This document shows positions 1 through 9,969 of a stretch of DNA of 64,000 nucleotides, piece after piece. Source of the DNA: a virus; the IMG/VR virus record IMGVR_UViG_3300028030_000001, positions 1-64,000 of that record. One strand, given 5' to 3'. The translations under genes were made by a program, and so were the position numbers. A model generated the notes under the pieces. The model was not told the origin of the DNA and did no database searches. It saw only the letters and a program-made list of their open reading frames with translations. Within the stretch, counting starts at the first letter, position 1. Each line of letters opens with the position of its first letter.

Positions 1-1
1 T

Positions 2-3000
2 ATACTTAGTCAACAACCAGAAAAAATACGTCAAGTTAGGGAGGAGTTAGCCAGACTAAATAAAACATACAATGTTTTAGATAGAGCTAAGAACAAATTT
101 GAGGCTCTTTTAGCGGCTAATAACAGGTATGGTAATGCAGCTAGGATTCTTTTAAATATAGTAGAGCAAGAGGGTAGAGGTGTAGATAATCTATTGTCTC
201 GCCTAAGTAGGTTAGATGTAGCATATAAAAAGGCTGCCGGTTCTATAGGTGTTATGCGTACTGCTGTTGATAGGCTTACACGCAGTTTTACTACATTAGC
301 CTCTTATTGGACAGCTTTCGCTGCTCTTAACGCTCTTACTAAGTCTTTTGGGTTTGCTAAACAGTCAGTCATAGAGTTTGACCAAGCATTAGCTGATTTA
401 CAGGCTATAACCAAGGCTACTGATTCAGAGACGGCTATGATGGGCGAAACTATCAAGGCTGTGGCTGAATCCACCAGGTTCACTACATCACAAGTTGCTG
501 AGGGTATGCGTATTCTTGGTCAGGCTGGTTTGTCCGCTTCGGAAGTTATACAAGTCATAGGGCCTGTAGCTGATTTGGCTACAGGTGCTTTGACATCTTT
601 ATCTACAGCAGCGGATTTAGTTACTACTACTTTACGAGTATTTAATGTAGAGGTAGGTAATTCTGAATCTATCGCTAACACATTTGCTAACGCAGTAAAT
701 GACTCAAAATTAACCATAGATAAGCTCAAAACTGCTCTTAACTATGTAGGTCCTGTTGCTGCTAGTGCTGGTGTTACATTTAAGGAATTGTCAGCTACTA
801 TGATGGTTTTGGCTGATTCTGGTATTCGTGCGAGTTCTATAGGTACAGGACTTAGACGTATGTTTGCCGAATTAGTAAGCCCATCAAAAAAATTTAAGCA
901 GGCTATAGACGATGCTGGACTTACTTTAGAAGATTTGTCCCTTAAATACAACAAGACGGAAGATGTTTTAGATAATTTGTCAATCGTACTTCAGAATACT
1001 GGAGTAGCTTTTGATGTTTTTGGTAAGCGTGGTGCTGCGGCTGTTCTAGCCCTTACTGAAAATACTGGTAAGTTTAAGGAGTTTGTGTCTGGTATAGGAA
1101 AAGCGTCTGCCGCAGCTAATATGGCTCAGACACAGATGGAAGGCTTATCTGCGTCTATAGAGCAACTTAAAGACAAATTATCAGTGTTAGCTGTAGATTT
1201 TAGCGAACGTAACGGTATTACTTATATTTTCAAAGGCTTATTAGAAGTAGTTAAAAAGCTGGCTGATACATTGATTTGGTTTGTTAATACTCCTTTAGGC
1301 AATTTAATAACGTCTTTTGCTACAGCAGTGGCTGCAGTTGTAGCTTTTAATGTTATCCTCAAAGTAGGTAAGGCATTAATTATTCAGTGGGCCGAATCTA
1401 TGGGGATAGCTACAGTAGCTTCTGAGGCATTTACTTTAAGTTTAGGTCCGGTTGGTTGGGCTATAGTAGCTGTTACTACTGTATTAGCTGGTTATGCTAT
1501 GTTTGCAAACAAAGCAGCTACCAGTACCAAGAACTTTAACGAAGAATTGTCGTCAGTAGATAGCATAGATAAGGCTATAAGTAGTTACAAGAAGTTAGAT
1601 AAAAGCCTTAATTCTGTCTATGATACAGCAAAAACACTTAAAAAATCTCTCTATGATGCGGCTAAGAATGGTCCAGAGGAGTTAGCTGAAAAAGCTACTA
1701 AGGCTGCTAATAGTATTGACGGACTTACTGGCGAATTATTAGACGGGGGCCGTGCTTTAGAGGAGTATCAAAGTAGTTTACGCAAATTTTCTGTAGATGC
1801 TTGGGCAAAAAAAGCAACTAAAGCTTTTGAAGAGCTTGATTCTTCCGCACGAGGCACTATGGATATATGGGATAGAGTGGGTTTAGCTATACAAGGTGGA
1901 ACTAAAAGTTTAGAGGAGTGGCGCTCATATATAGCTAATCTTGATCCTAATGATGTAGGCAAAGATACTATTAAAGAACTTACTGCTAAATTAGCAGAGG
2001 CTGAGAGTACAGTTAATGGTCTTATTAATAAATGGAGAGAGATGGGTATTCTTGATTTGTCTATGCCCGATAGCGCTCTTGTAGCGTTAGCAAATAAAGC
2101 TAACTTATCAGAAATATCCATAAAAAACCTTTTAATAAGATTTAATGAGCTTAAAGCTTCAGCTAGTAGTTCTGATATACTTACTAAATGGCAAAAAGAG
2201 TTTGAAGAAGGGAAAAGAACTTTATCATCTTTTATAGACGAATATGAGAGATTAGGAGGAACAGTTAAATCAGTAGAAGCTGATAATGTTCGTAGTTATG
2301 ATGAAGCTCGTAGAGCTTTAGTAAACCAAAAGAGAGCAGCAAAAGAGAGAGCGGAGTCTGAAATAAAAGCTGGAAGAGATGCAGCAGCAGCTTGGGCTGA
2401 TTACGCTAAAGAGGTAGTAAGATTACAAAACGAGGCTAGCAAGGTAATCCGTAAAGGTCAGGAAAACGAATTATTGTATCGTTTGAGACTGTTTAAGACT
2501 GAACAAGAAAATCATGCCAGAAAAGAACAGAATATAACAGCAAACTACAGAAGAGCTTCTGAAGAGAGAGCTATGCTTATAGCTAAAGAAGCCGACAGAA
2601 ATACTAAAGCATTACAAGAGATTTTTAATAAGCCTATAAATATGTCATCACAAATTAAGGCTTTTTCTGACTTAGCTGATAAGACTGAAAGTATTCAGCG
2701 TGATCTAGCTTTTAAGCTTGAAAATATTGAACGTACAAGGGCTGAACGTGTTTTTGATATAAACAAACGTTTGGGTGAGCGTTTAGCTGAAATAAGTAAA
2801 GAGGTATTAGACAGTAAAAGAAAATATTCAGCGGATATAATAGGTATAGAAGAGTCTATAGCTGATAGGATAAGAGCTATACAAGAAAGAAACGCTAGTG
2901 TATATGAAAAAGATGCGTTAGAGCGTGAGGCCGCAGAGCGAAAATACGCTAAAGCTATGAAGCTCATACAGGAAGCAGAAGCTTCAGGCGACAAAGAAAA

Positions 3001-4153
3001 GTTAGCTCGTGGTAAAGCTTTGATAGAGCAATATGCCACTATAGTTGAAAAATACAGAGATGAGCAGGAAGCTATAAACGAGCTTAAAAAAGCGGAAGTT
3101 CAGCTTAAAAAAGTTCGCAGAATAGAGTATCAGATGGAGAAACATGACATCTATCTGAAAAAACTTAAAACCGAAAAAACAGCGTTATACGATATAGATA
3201 AAGCTAATAATGATGCAGCCAGGTCATCTGAAAAAGCTGTGCATACAGCAGAAAAAGCTATAGATTCTGCTGTAGAATCTATAATAAGAGCCTATGAGCA
3301 AGCTAATAAATCTTGGAGTTTGAGACATCAGCAAGTTATAGACGATCTTTACGCAGAAGCTGAAGTTGCTAAAGAGACTATAGGTTCAATAGCTACAGAA
3401 TCAATGCCTGAAGTTGTTATTGAGTTTAAAGGCAGCGTTAATCCAGTAGGTCCGTTGCCTGATATGGTAAATTATATAAAAGACCTTATAAATACCATAT
3501 CTGATGATATTGCAGATGTTACTATTCATATAGTATTAGACGGTTATTCGTCTGTTATGTCATCTTTGTCTGATGTAAAATCAATGTTAGATAGTATAGT
3601 AGATAAAACTATAACTTTGTCAGTTAAAGTTTTGGGTGCTGAAAATGTAGTTAGGCTTATAGGCTTGTTAAGTCAGTTGAGAGACAGAACTATTAATGTA
3701 ACTACTGTGTATAGGACCATACATTTAAGAGAGGCTGGCGGCATAATACCAGATGTAGTTCAAGGATTTTCCACGGGTAATTTTGTTAAATTGCTTTCAC
3801 CGTATATAACTAAAGGTTCTGGGAATAAGGATGATGTACCAGCATTGTTAACTAAAGGTGAGTATGTTATAAATGCTGAAACAGTAAAGAAATTAGGTAA
3901 ATCCTTTTTCGATGCGCTTAACTTTGGCGTGGGGTTTAGTGATAAAATTGCTAATATGATACACAGTATTCCAAAATTTTCGTCAGGAGGATACACGGCA
4001 TCTAGTGTTTCTCCTGGTGTTGGTAATACTGATGTAATAGCTATAGAACTTACTACTTCTGAAGGAAAAGCTTCTGCACCGTTAATAACAACTAGAGACA
4101 CAGCCGAAGCACTTATTTATGAGCTAAAGAAAGCTAAGAGACTCAAAACATGA
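2..4153 (+). CDS. phage tail tape measure protein (5'-truncated by window)
   Basis: Frame is open from position 2. TP901-type TMP core (TRFTTSQVAEGMRILGQAG...ASSIGTGLR), long helical region, C-terminal GNKDDVPALLTKGEYVINA motif. Confidence 0.92.
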   Translation: MLSQQPEKIRQVREELARLNKTYNVLDRAKNKFEALLAANNRYGNAARILLNIVEQEGRGVDNLLSRLSRLDVAYKKAAGSIGVMRTAVDRLTRSFTTLASYWTAFAALNALTKSFGFAKQSVIEFDQALADLQAITKATDSETAMMGETIKAVAESTRFTTSQVAEGMRILGQAGLSASEVIQVIGPVADLATGALTSLSTAADLVTTTLRVFNVEVGNSESIANTFANAVNDSKLTIDKLKTALNYVGPVAASAGVTFKELSATMMVLADSGIRASSIGTGLRRMFAELVSPSKKFKQAIDDAGLTLEDLSLKYNKTEDVLDNLSIVLQNTGVAFDVFGKRGAAAVLALTENTGKFKEFVSGIGKASAAANMAQTQMEGLSASIEQLKDKLSVLAVDFSERNGITYIFKGLLEVVKKLADTLIWFVNTPLGNLITSFATAVAAVVAFNVILKVGKALIIQWAESMGIATVASEAFTLSLGPVGWAIVAVTTVLAGYAMFANKAATSTKNFNEELSSVDSIDKAISSYKKLDKSLNSVYDTAKTLKKSLYDAAKNGPEELAEKATKAANSIDGLTGELLDGGRALEEYQSSLRKFSVDAWAKKATKAFEELDSSARGTMDIWDRVGLAIQGGTKSLEEWRSYIANLDPNDVGKDTIKELTAKLAEAESTVNGLINKWREMGILDLSMPDSALVALANKANLSEISIKNLLIRFNELKASASSSDILTKWQKEFEEGKRTLSSFIDEYERLGGTVKSVEADNVRSYDEARRALVNQKRAAKERAESEIKAGRDAAAAWADYAKEVVRLQNEASKVIRKGQENELLYRLRLFKTEQENHARKEQNITANYRRASEERAMLIAKEADRNTKALQEIFNKPINMSSQIKAFSDLADKTESIQRDLAFKLENIERTRAERVFDINKRLGERLAEISKEVLDSKRKYSADIIGIEESIADRIRAIQERNASVYEKDALEREAAERKYAKAMKLIQEAEASGDKEKLARGKALIEQYATIVEKYRDEQEAINELKKAEVQLKKVRRIEYQMEKHDIYLKKLKTEKTALYDIDKANNDAARSSEKAVHTAEKAIDSAVESIIRAYEQANKSWSLRHQQVIDDLYAEAEVAKETIGSIATESMPEVVIEFKGSVNPVGPLPDMVNYIKDLINTISDDIADVTIHIVLDGYSSVMSSLSDVKSMLDSIVDKTITLSVKVLGAENVVRLIGLLSQLRDRTINVTTVYRTIHLREAGGIIPDVVQGFSTGNFVKLLSPYITKGSGNKDDVPALLTKGEYVINAETVKKLGKSFFDALNFGVGFSDKIANMIHSIPKFSSGGYTASSVSPGVGNTDVIAIELTTSEGKASAPLITTRDTAEALIYELKKAKRLKT

Positions 4154-4515
4154 CCTCTGTATTATTAAATGGCATAGTTTTAGACGGTATGGTGCTTGTT
4201 AATGAATTTAATGGTGATCAAGCGTCTGTATCTGTAAAAAGAACTATAAACGGTAAAACTGTGTTACATAATGCTGTGTCGTATGACACTAACAGAAAAT
4301 TAAGTCTGGTTTCTAATTATGATGGTAAGGATTTTGTTTGGTTTGATAGGTCTGTAGTTGATAATCTTGATTCTTTGGCTCGTAGTGCTTCTGTGGTGTC
4401 ATTGGTCTATAACGGGAGGAATTTTAATGTTATAGTTTTATCTGTTAAAGCTACTCCTTTAGTCGTAGGTTCAGATTTAAATTATTCTGTGTACATGGAG
4501 CTTAATACGTTGTGA
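4150..4515 (+). CDS. putative tail protein (distal-tail-like position)
   Basis: ATGA overlap with TMP stop; beta-rich 121 aa. Function inferred from position only. Confidence 0.55.
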   Translation: MTSVLLNGIVLDGMVLVNEFNGDQASVSVKRTINGKTVLHNAVSYDTNRKLSLVSNYDGKDFVWFDRSVVDNLDSLARSASVVSLVYNGRNFNVIVLSVKATPLVVGSDLNYSVYMELNTL

Positions 4516-5048
4516 TCTCTACACCTATAAAAGACACTACTAAACTGCCTTTTGGTTCAGCCGAGTTAAGATTGGGAGACTCGGATACTTATATAAACCA
4601 TTATGATCCTGTGTTTACTGATGGTGACTATATAGGCGCTCATGTAGATACATCTTTTAGTTCACAGACTACAAAAAAGACCAGATATGATGTATCAAAT
4701 GATGTTATTGTACCTTCTGGTGTTGTCGTTACTTCTGTTGATTTAATTTGTTCAGTGTCTTTCATAGAGTGGTCTGAAGATGTTATGCTAGCATCTTCCG
4801 GAGGACAAAACACAGAATTTTTAAGGAATTTGTTTGCTAAGGATTACTTTAGACTAGAGCTACTGTATTATTACCCTAATAAAATAAACACTATAACAGT
4901 AGTATTACCAAGAGTTTATACTGATAGTGATATAGCTATGGTTTGGAGTTTTATAGATATAAAACCTCAAACTGTTAATTTTAAGTCTATAACACCTAAC
5001 ACGCCTGTATGGGCTAACGATCCTTTAGGCAGGATGTATATTTCATAA
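4512..5048 (+). CDS. putative tail structural protein
   Basis: Coupled ORF in tail operon, 178 aa. Confidence 0.5.
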   Translation: MISTPIKDTTKLPFGSAELRLGDSDTYINHYDPVFTDGDYIGAHVDTSFSSQTTKKTRYDVSNDVIVPSGVVVTSVDLICSVSFIEWSEDVMLASSGGQNTEFLRNLFAKDYFRLELLYYYPNKINTITVVLPRVYTDSDIAMVWSFIDIKPQTVNFKSITPNTPVWANDPLGRMYIS

Positions 5049-5060
5049 GGAGTTGTATTT

Positions 5061-6287
5061 ATGCCTGTTACACAAGAAGACATAAAATTAGTCAAGAGTG
5101 AGGTTGTTTCTGATACTGATAACAATGGCGGCAGAATGGGCACAATTCTTGTCGTATCAGACGTTAAGAATAATGTGTGGCCTGACATATTTCAAGCTGA
5201 ACGCCTTAATGGTGTGGTTAAATACAGGAAATTGTTTGTACATAACAGAGCTACAGACGGTTCTGCTGTAGTAGCGCCTAAGATATGGCTTGATAATGTA
5301 ACACCCGCTGAGGGTTATGCATACATAGCGGCAGGAACACAGACAGATACACAAGCTGATTTTATTCTTAACCCTGTTAAGATATTCGGGTGCGGAACAC
5401 TTTCTACAGATGTAACTGTAGGTGGTACTGTTTTAGTTGTTGAGATAGAAGACGAGCAGTTGATGTCTGACTCTCTTAACAGTATCTTTCGTGTTGGAGA
5501 TACTATCAGAGTTACGGATAAAGAAGTGGTAGATGCTACTTCTGGTAATGAGGATTTGTTACCCGTAGCTCAAGTAGATTATTCGGGTTCAGGTACGTCT
5601 GTCACTATAAGGAGTAAACCCAGTAATTCCTGGCAGGCCAGCACATCTTATAGTGTTAACGATACTATAGTACCTGCCGGATCAGATAACGGTCATTGGT
5701 ATGTGTGTACTACAGAAGGTACTACAGACAGTTCAGAACCTACATGGCCTACTGACGGAACTTCGGTAAGTGACGGTACAGTGGTTTGGAAGGATATGGG
5801 TTTACATAGAGCACTTCTTAATGACTATTCCGCTACTGGCGGGGTTACTCGTGTCATGAGTTTGCTAGAACCTGCCGATATTGTAGCAACAGCGGACAAT
5901 TTTGTTGTAACTAGCTCTACAGGTACATACGATAGCGGCAATTATCCACCAGAGCTTAATAATCCTGGTTGTGTAGAACAAGTGTGGACTGTTACTATTA
6001 CTGATGGTTCAACCGGAGCTTTTGATGTTACAGGAGACACACTTGGTTCTGTGGGTTCAGGCAATATTTCTTCTGACTTTGAGCCAATAAATCCTGATTT
6101 TAGTACGGCTTATTTTAAGTTGTTGGCAGCAGGTTGGGGAGGTACTTGGAATACAGGTGATACATTAGTCTTTGAGACTCATCCTTCTGCTGCTCCTGTG
6201 TGGGAAGTCTATACAGTACCCGCTAATACTCCGTCACTTACAGGAGAATACATAGATTTGGCTGTTGGTGGAGAAAGTTCTTCATAA
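5061..6287 (+). CDS. tail protein with inserted carbohydrate-binding-like module
   Basis: AGGAG RBS; N-terminal SD...NGGRM motif; internal WQASTSYSVND...WYVC...EPTWP...DGTVVW module. Confidence 0.65.
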   Translation: MPVTQEDIKLVKSEVVSDTDNNGGRMGTILVVSDVKNNVWPDIFQAERLNGVVKYRKLFVHNRATDGSAVVAPKIWLDNVTPAEGYAYIAAGTQTDTQADFILNPVKIFGCGTLSTDVTVGGTVLVVEIEDEQLMSDSLNSIFRVGDTIRVTDKEVVDATSGNEDLLPVAQVDYSGSGTSVTIRSKPSNSWQASTSYSVNDTIVPAGSDNGHWYVCTTEGTTDSSEPTWPTDGTSVSDGTVVWKDMGLHRALLNDYSATGGVTRVMSLLEPADIVATADNFVVTSSTGTYDSGNYPPELNNPGCVEQVWTVTITDGSTGAFDVTGDTLGSVGSGNISSDFEPINPDFSTAYFKLLAAGWGGTWNTGDTLVFETHPSAAPVWEVYTVPANTPSLTGEYIDLAVGGESSS

Positions 6288-7034
6288 ATGGCAAAAAAGA
6301 CAACACTTAAAATAACAATAAAATGCCCCGTAGCTCATAATGGCAGGATTATACCCGTATACCGTGATGATGTAGATGCTGGTGAAGGTGTACGGGTAGT
6401 TGACGTAAACAGTCATGACGATAATTTTACTGTAGCTGTATCTAACGGGGCTATTGTTAATTCCGTAAACTATAAACAAACAGTTACGGAAGAGTTGTTA
6501 TTTAGTGATGATTGGAAATCAAGTTTGTCTTATATACCTGAAGGTTCTAATATACAAGTTTCTTATGAATCAGATGGTTCTAATATGCCGTGGAAGGTAG
6601 AAAACAATGTTTTATACACTAACAGAGAATTTTTTGGTTTGGTTAGTGTTAAGTACACGGCGAGACTCACACAAATACAGTTAAAAGTTAACAACACATT
6701 TTCTATAAATTTTTTTAGCGACAATCTTTCTGTTAGACAGCCTACAAGTTACATTAACTTATTTTCTGACGAACCTGAAATAGACCGTAAAACATATACA
6801 GGCAAAGTAATTTTAGATGATATAGTAACGTCTAAACTTAGGTCGGATAAAGCTGTTTATGTGTACGACAATGCTGTTGGTAGACTCATAGAAGGTGCTA
6901 CTGTGTGGTACACATCTAACGAGTATTCAGATACCATACTATCTAAGACAACTAACGCTAATGGTAGAGTTATGCTTCCATCTTTAGCCAATATAGTAGG
7001 AATAACACACGACAATTATCAACCTAACATATGA
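6288..7034 (+). CDS. putative tail/baseplate protein
   Basis: Abuts previous stop; shares a beta module with 7031, 9969 and 12218. Confidence 0.5.
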   Translation: MAKKTTLKITIKCPVAHNGRIIPVYRDDVDAGEGVRVVDVNSHDDNFTVAVSNGAIVNSVNYKQTVTEELLFSDDWKSSLSYIPEGSNIQVSYESDGSNMPWKVENNVLYTNREFFGLVSVKYTARLTQIQLKVNNTFSINFFSDNLSVRQPTSYINLFSDEPEIDRKTYTGKVILDDIVTSKLRSDKAVYVYDNAVGRLIEGATVWYTSNEYSDTILSKTTNANGRVMLPSLANIVGITHDNYQPNI

Positions 7035-7603
7035 AAAAGACAGAATTACATACTGAGATAGGTAACAAAGACTACACTACTTTACAGGATTTTTTTGATG
7101 ATCTTACAGATTACATTGATGACAATGTGCCTGACTCTGAATGGATAGTTGATTTGGTTTATGATTTTGTTCGTGAAAACGGTTATGACCTAAATCAATA
7201 TTTTGAGATTTTAGATGTAGATAACAGTACACGTAATTGTGGTTGGTCGTTTGTTTTAGTTAATCAAACTGACCACTACTCTGAACTGCTTTTATTAGGG
7301 CCTTCAAAGGAATCAGATATAATATTAAGGTCAACTATAGGTGTACCTAATATTATAGGTACAGCTACTTACGAGTGTACACAAGAAGTTGAGGTAAGGG
7401 CAGGAACAGCTATTTTGCAGTATAATATTGCCAGACTTATAAGCGTGTCAGCTATAGGTACTGTGTTTGACTCACTAGGCAATAAGACATCGTTGCCTGC
7501 TTTTAGTGCAAACAATAACAGGTTAGTGTCTGATACAGCGTGTTTCGGTGTTATAAAGGTGGTATATGAGTTTGTAGGTTATATAGTGAGGGTTAATTAC
7601 TGA
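7031..7603 (+). CDS. putative tail/baseplate protein
   Basis: Overlap-coupled ORF, 190 aa. Confidence 0.5.
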   Translation: MKKTELHTEIGNKDYTTLQDFFDDLTDYIDDNVPDSEWIVDLVYDFVRENGYDLNQYFEILDVDNSTRNCGWSFVLVNQTDHYSELLLLGPSKESDIILRSTIGVPNIIGTATYECTQEVEVRAGTAILQYNIARLISVSAIGTVFDSLGNKTSLPAFSANNNRLVSDTACFGVIKVVYEFVGYIVRVNY

Positions 7604-8001
7604 TGTTGTTTTGTTTATACGCACACAGTAAAGATATAAAGTATTGTTCTAATATTATGTTAGACACAAAAGTGAAAGGTGTAGCACACGATAAAATGTG
7701 TGGTAGTTATGAAGATGATTTAGATGATGCTGAAGATTCTGAATATTCGTTAGAAGGGGTTAGTTTGGTGGTAACGTCTATATCCAATCCATGCTCTAAC
7801 GAAAAGCTTGATAATGTTGACGGTCTTGAAAATGGTTTGGATTATGTTTTAAGAATAAACAGTGATAATGTTTCGATAGGTGAGTATGTTTTTTATCCGA
7901 TAGATAAGAAGAGAGTTTTAGATATATCTTATAGGGCTGTAGGGCTACCGATAGAGAATGTATCTATTGTTATAGATATGGGGGATATTCTTGATGTTTG
8001 A
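7603..8001 (+). CDS. hypothetical protein
   Basis: TGATG-coupled ORF. Confidence 0.5.
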   Translation: MLFCLYAHSKDIKYCSNIMLDTKVKGVAHDKMCGSYEDDLDDAEDSEYSLEGVSLVVTSISNPCSNEKLDNVDGLENGLDYVLRINSDNVSIGEYVFYPIDKKRVLDISYRAVGLPIENVSIVIDMGDILDV

Positions 8002-8254
8002 CACAATCTTGCACATAAAAGCTACTTCTCTAACCAGTGATTGCTATGCTGAAAAAGATATAGACTTATCCAAAGAAAAAACCAATACATACAAATTTAG
8101 AGTGTTTGACGGTTTTTTCGGTCATAGAATACAGTCAGCCAGGATAAGGATAGGTGATAAATTAGTTCCTCAAGACAACTTGATAAGGCTGCGTGATGGC
8201 ACTGAATTTTTATTGAATGTGCCTGGGTATAAACGTTATATAGGTAGTGTGTAG
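7991..8254 (+). CDS. hypothetical protein
   Basis: Coupled ORF, 87 aa. Confidence 0.45.
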   Translation: MMFDTILHIKATSLTSDCYAEKDIDLSKEKTNTYKFRVFDGFFGHRIQSARIRIGDKLVPQDNLIRLRDGTEFLLNVPGYKRYIGSV

Positions 8255-9969
8255 TGGATATTGTTTTTAAAGGTTTAACACCTAAATACCCTGATAAGCA
8301 TTGTTTTAAGGACAAAGACTATAACAGTGTGCTTATCGAGTATAAGTCTGTTTCAGAGTGGCGGGCTGACAGCAGAGAAGGGCACAATATTAGCAAACGT
8401 GGCAATATAAATGTAGTAGATGTTTTTCTTATACCTTATGACTCCGTAGATGAAGTAAAGTTTATAAATGTAGAAGTAAGTTTAAGAAATAATGTAAACG
8501 CTTTTTTATTTTACGCTGATGAAAATACACCAAAAAGTTCAGGAAAAATCCATACATACTATGATCCAGAACCTACATTGACAGCAGAAGTGCCTAATAA
8601 CGATGACACAATTTCTCGTGAGCCTTATGACAAATATGTGGATTTGAATAAAAAAGCCTCTAATGAAGAGTCTGTAGCTTATAAAGAACCTTTTGAACCA
8701 CCTAAACGTGAAGTTGATGTATTAGTTGATACTGAAAATTACCCAGATAATACATTTGATATTCCTTTATATAACTATAAACTTGTAGTACCTGAGACTA
8801 TAGAAGGCACTACTGGATCAGTATTTGTATCAGATATAGATGACAGTTCATTTGTGTATTGTGATTTGTCCTATTATCCTGATTATAGTGTTGATTTAAA
8901 TTATGATTATAAAGACTTTATATCAGGAAAGAAATTTTCCTTAGACTATAATCCTGATGCTGGTTATGTGTCTGTACCTGATAATGCAAGTCAAAAATCT
9001 ATTAGCAGTATTCTTGTAAAAATGAGGTCTAACATTTCTGTGCATCCATGCCATAAATATGGTGCTACAAAGCATGAATGTAATGAAATATGTAAAAGCT
9101 GTTTCTATGTAATGTATGGCGGTTCGTGCAGTAGTTGGGCGTCTGATTCAAACGGGAACAAGGCAGAGTGCGCTGTAGTTAAATACGAAGGTATTTGTTT
9201 GTCTGATAAAACATCTGTGTGTCCTCCTGTGTTTGTCCAAGTCCCTTTGTCCACTGATAAGTGTACTCCAGAATTAAAAGCGTATATGGCTAGACAGGGA
9301 TTAACTAGCCCAACTGATTCTCAGTGTGCTAACTGGCAATATCAGTGGAACCGTCAGGCTGCCGTAAGAGAAGCCAGGTTGGGAGTAGCTCCAGGTTTAG
9401 GTACTGGTTTAAGGCACGAATGTTGGGATGTGTCTTGTTCTTGGAATGAGCCTTCTGTTGTATATTACCTACACAAATACATAAAAGTTCCTAATAGCGA
9501 CTACAATAGATTACACTTATTTGTGCTAGGTGATAATATAGATGATTTATCTATCAGAGGGTCTAATTTAAGTGTGTTTGATTACAGTATCATAGTTATT
9601 CCTTATAATTCTAATTATGATTTAGATAAAAAAGGTAAAGCTGTAGATACTATGTTACGAAGAGACTTGAATTATAGCTATGATAACAGCTACGATTTTG
9701 ATGAAATTAGGAGATTGAGTTTACAAGAATCCTATTTTTTCAGTTATCTTTACTGGAGTGATTATATGATAACTGAGGCTGTTAATAACGGTATGACAGT
9801 AGACTTAAATCCCCGTGGTGTAGCTCCTAACAATATTTATTATAGACCTACAATGTCTTTTGGTAAAAGTAACTATTTATTTGTATCTGTTGCTGTAAGT
9901 GTGAGTTCTGTTTTCAGTTTTGATGTTACTATACCTATACCTAAATTAGTCTTTATTGTGGAAAAATAA
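8254..9969 (+). CDS. putative virion protein with central Cys-rich domain
   Basis: 571-aa coupled ORF with a dense cysteine cluster in the middle. Confidence 0.55.
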   Translation: MDIVFKGLTPKYPDKHCFKDKDYNSVLIEYKSVSEWRADSREGHNISKRGNINVVDVFLIPYDSVDEVKFINVEVSLRNNVNAFLFYADENTPKSSGKIHTYYDPEPTLTAEVPNNDDTISREPYDKYVDLNKKASNEESVAYKEPFEPPKREVDVLVDTENYPDNTFDIPLYNYKLVVPETIEGTTGSVFVSDIDDSSFVYCDLSYYPDYSVDLNYDYKDFISGKKFSLDYNPDAGYVSVPDNASQKSISSILVKMRSNISVHPCHKYGATKHECNEICKSCFYVMYGGSCSSWASDSNGNKAECAVVKYEGICLSDKTSVCPPVFVQVPLSTDKCTPELKAYMARQGLTSPTDSQCANWQYQWNRQAAVREARLGVAPGLGTGLRHECWDVSCSWNEPSVVYYLHKYIKVPNSDYNRLHLFVLGDNIDDLSIRGSNLSVFDYSIIVIPYNSNYDLDKKGKAVDTMLRRDLNYSYDNSYDFDEIRRLSLQESYFFSYLYWSDYMITEAVNNGMTVDLNPRGVAPNNIYYRPTMSFGKSNYLFVSVAVSVSSVFSFDVTIPIPKLVFIVEK

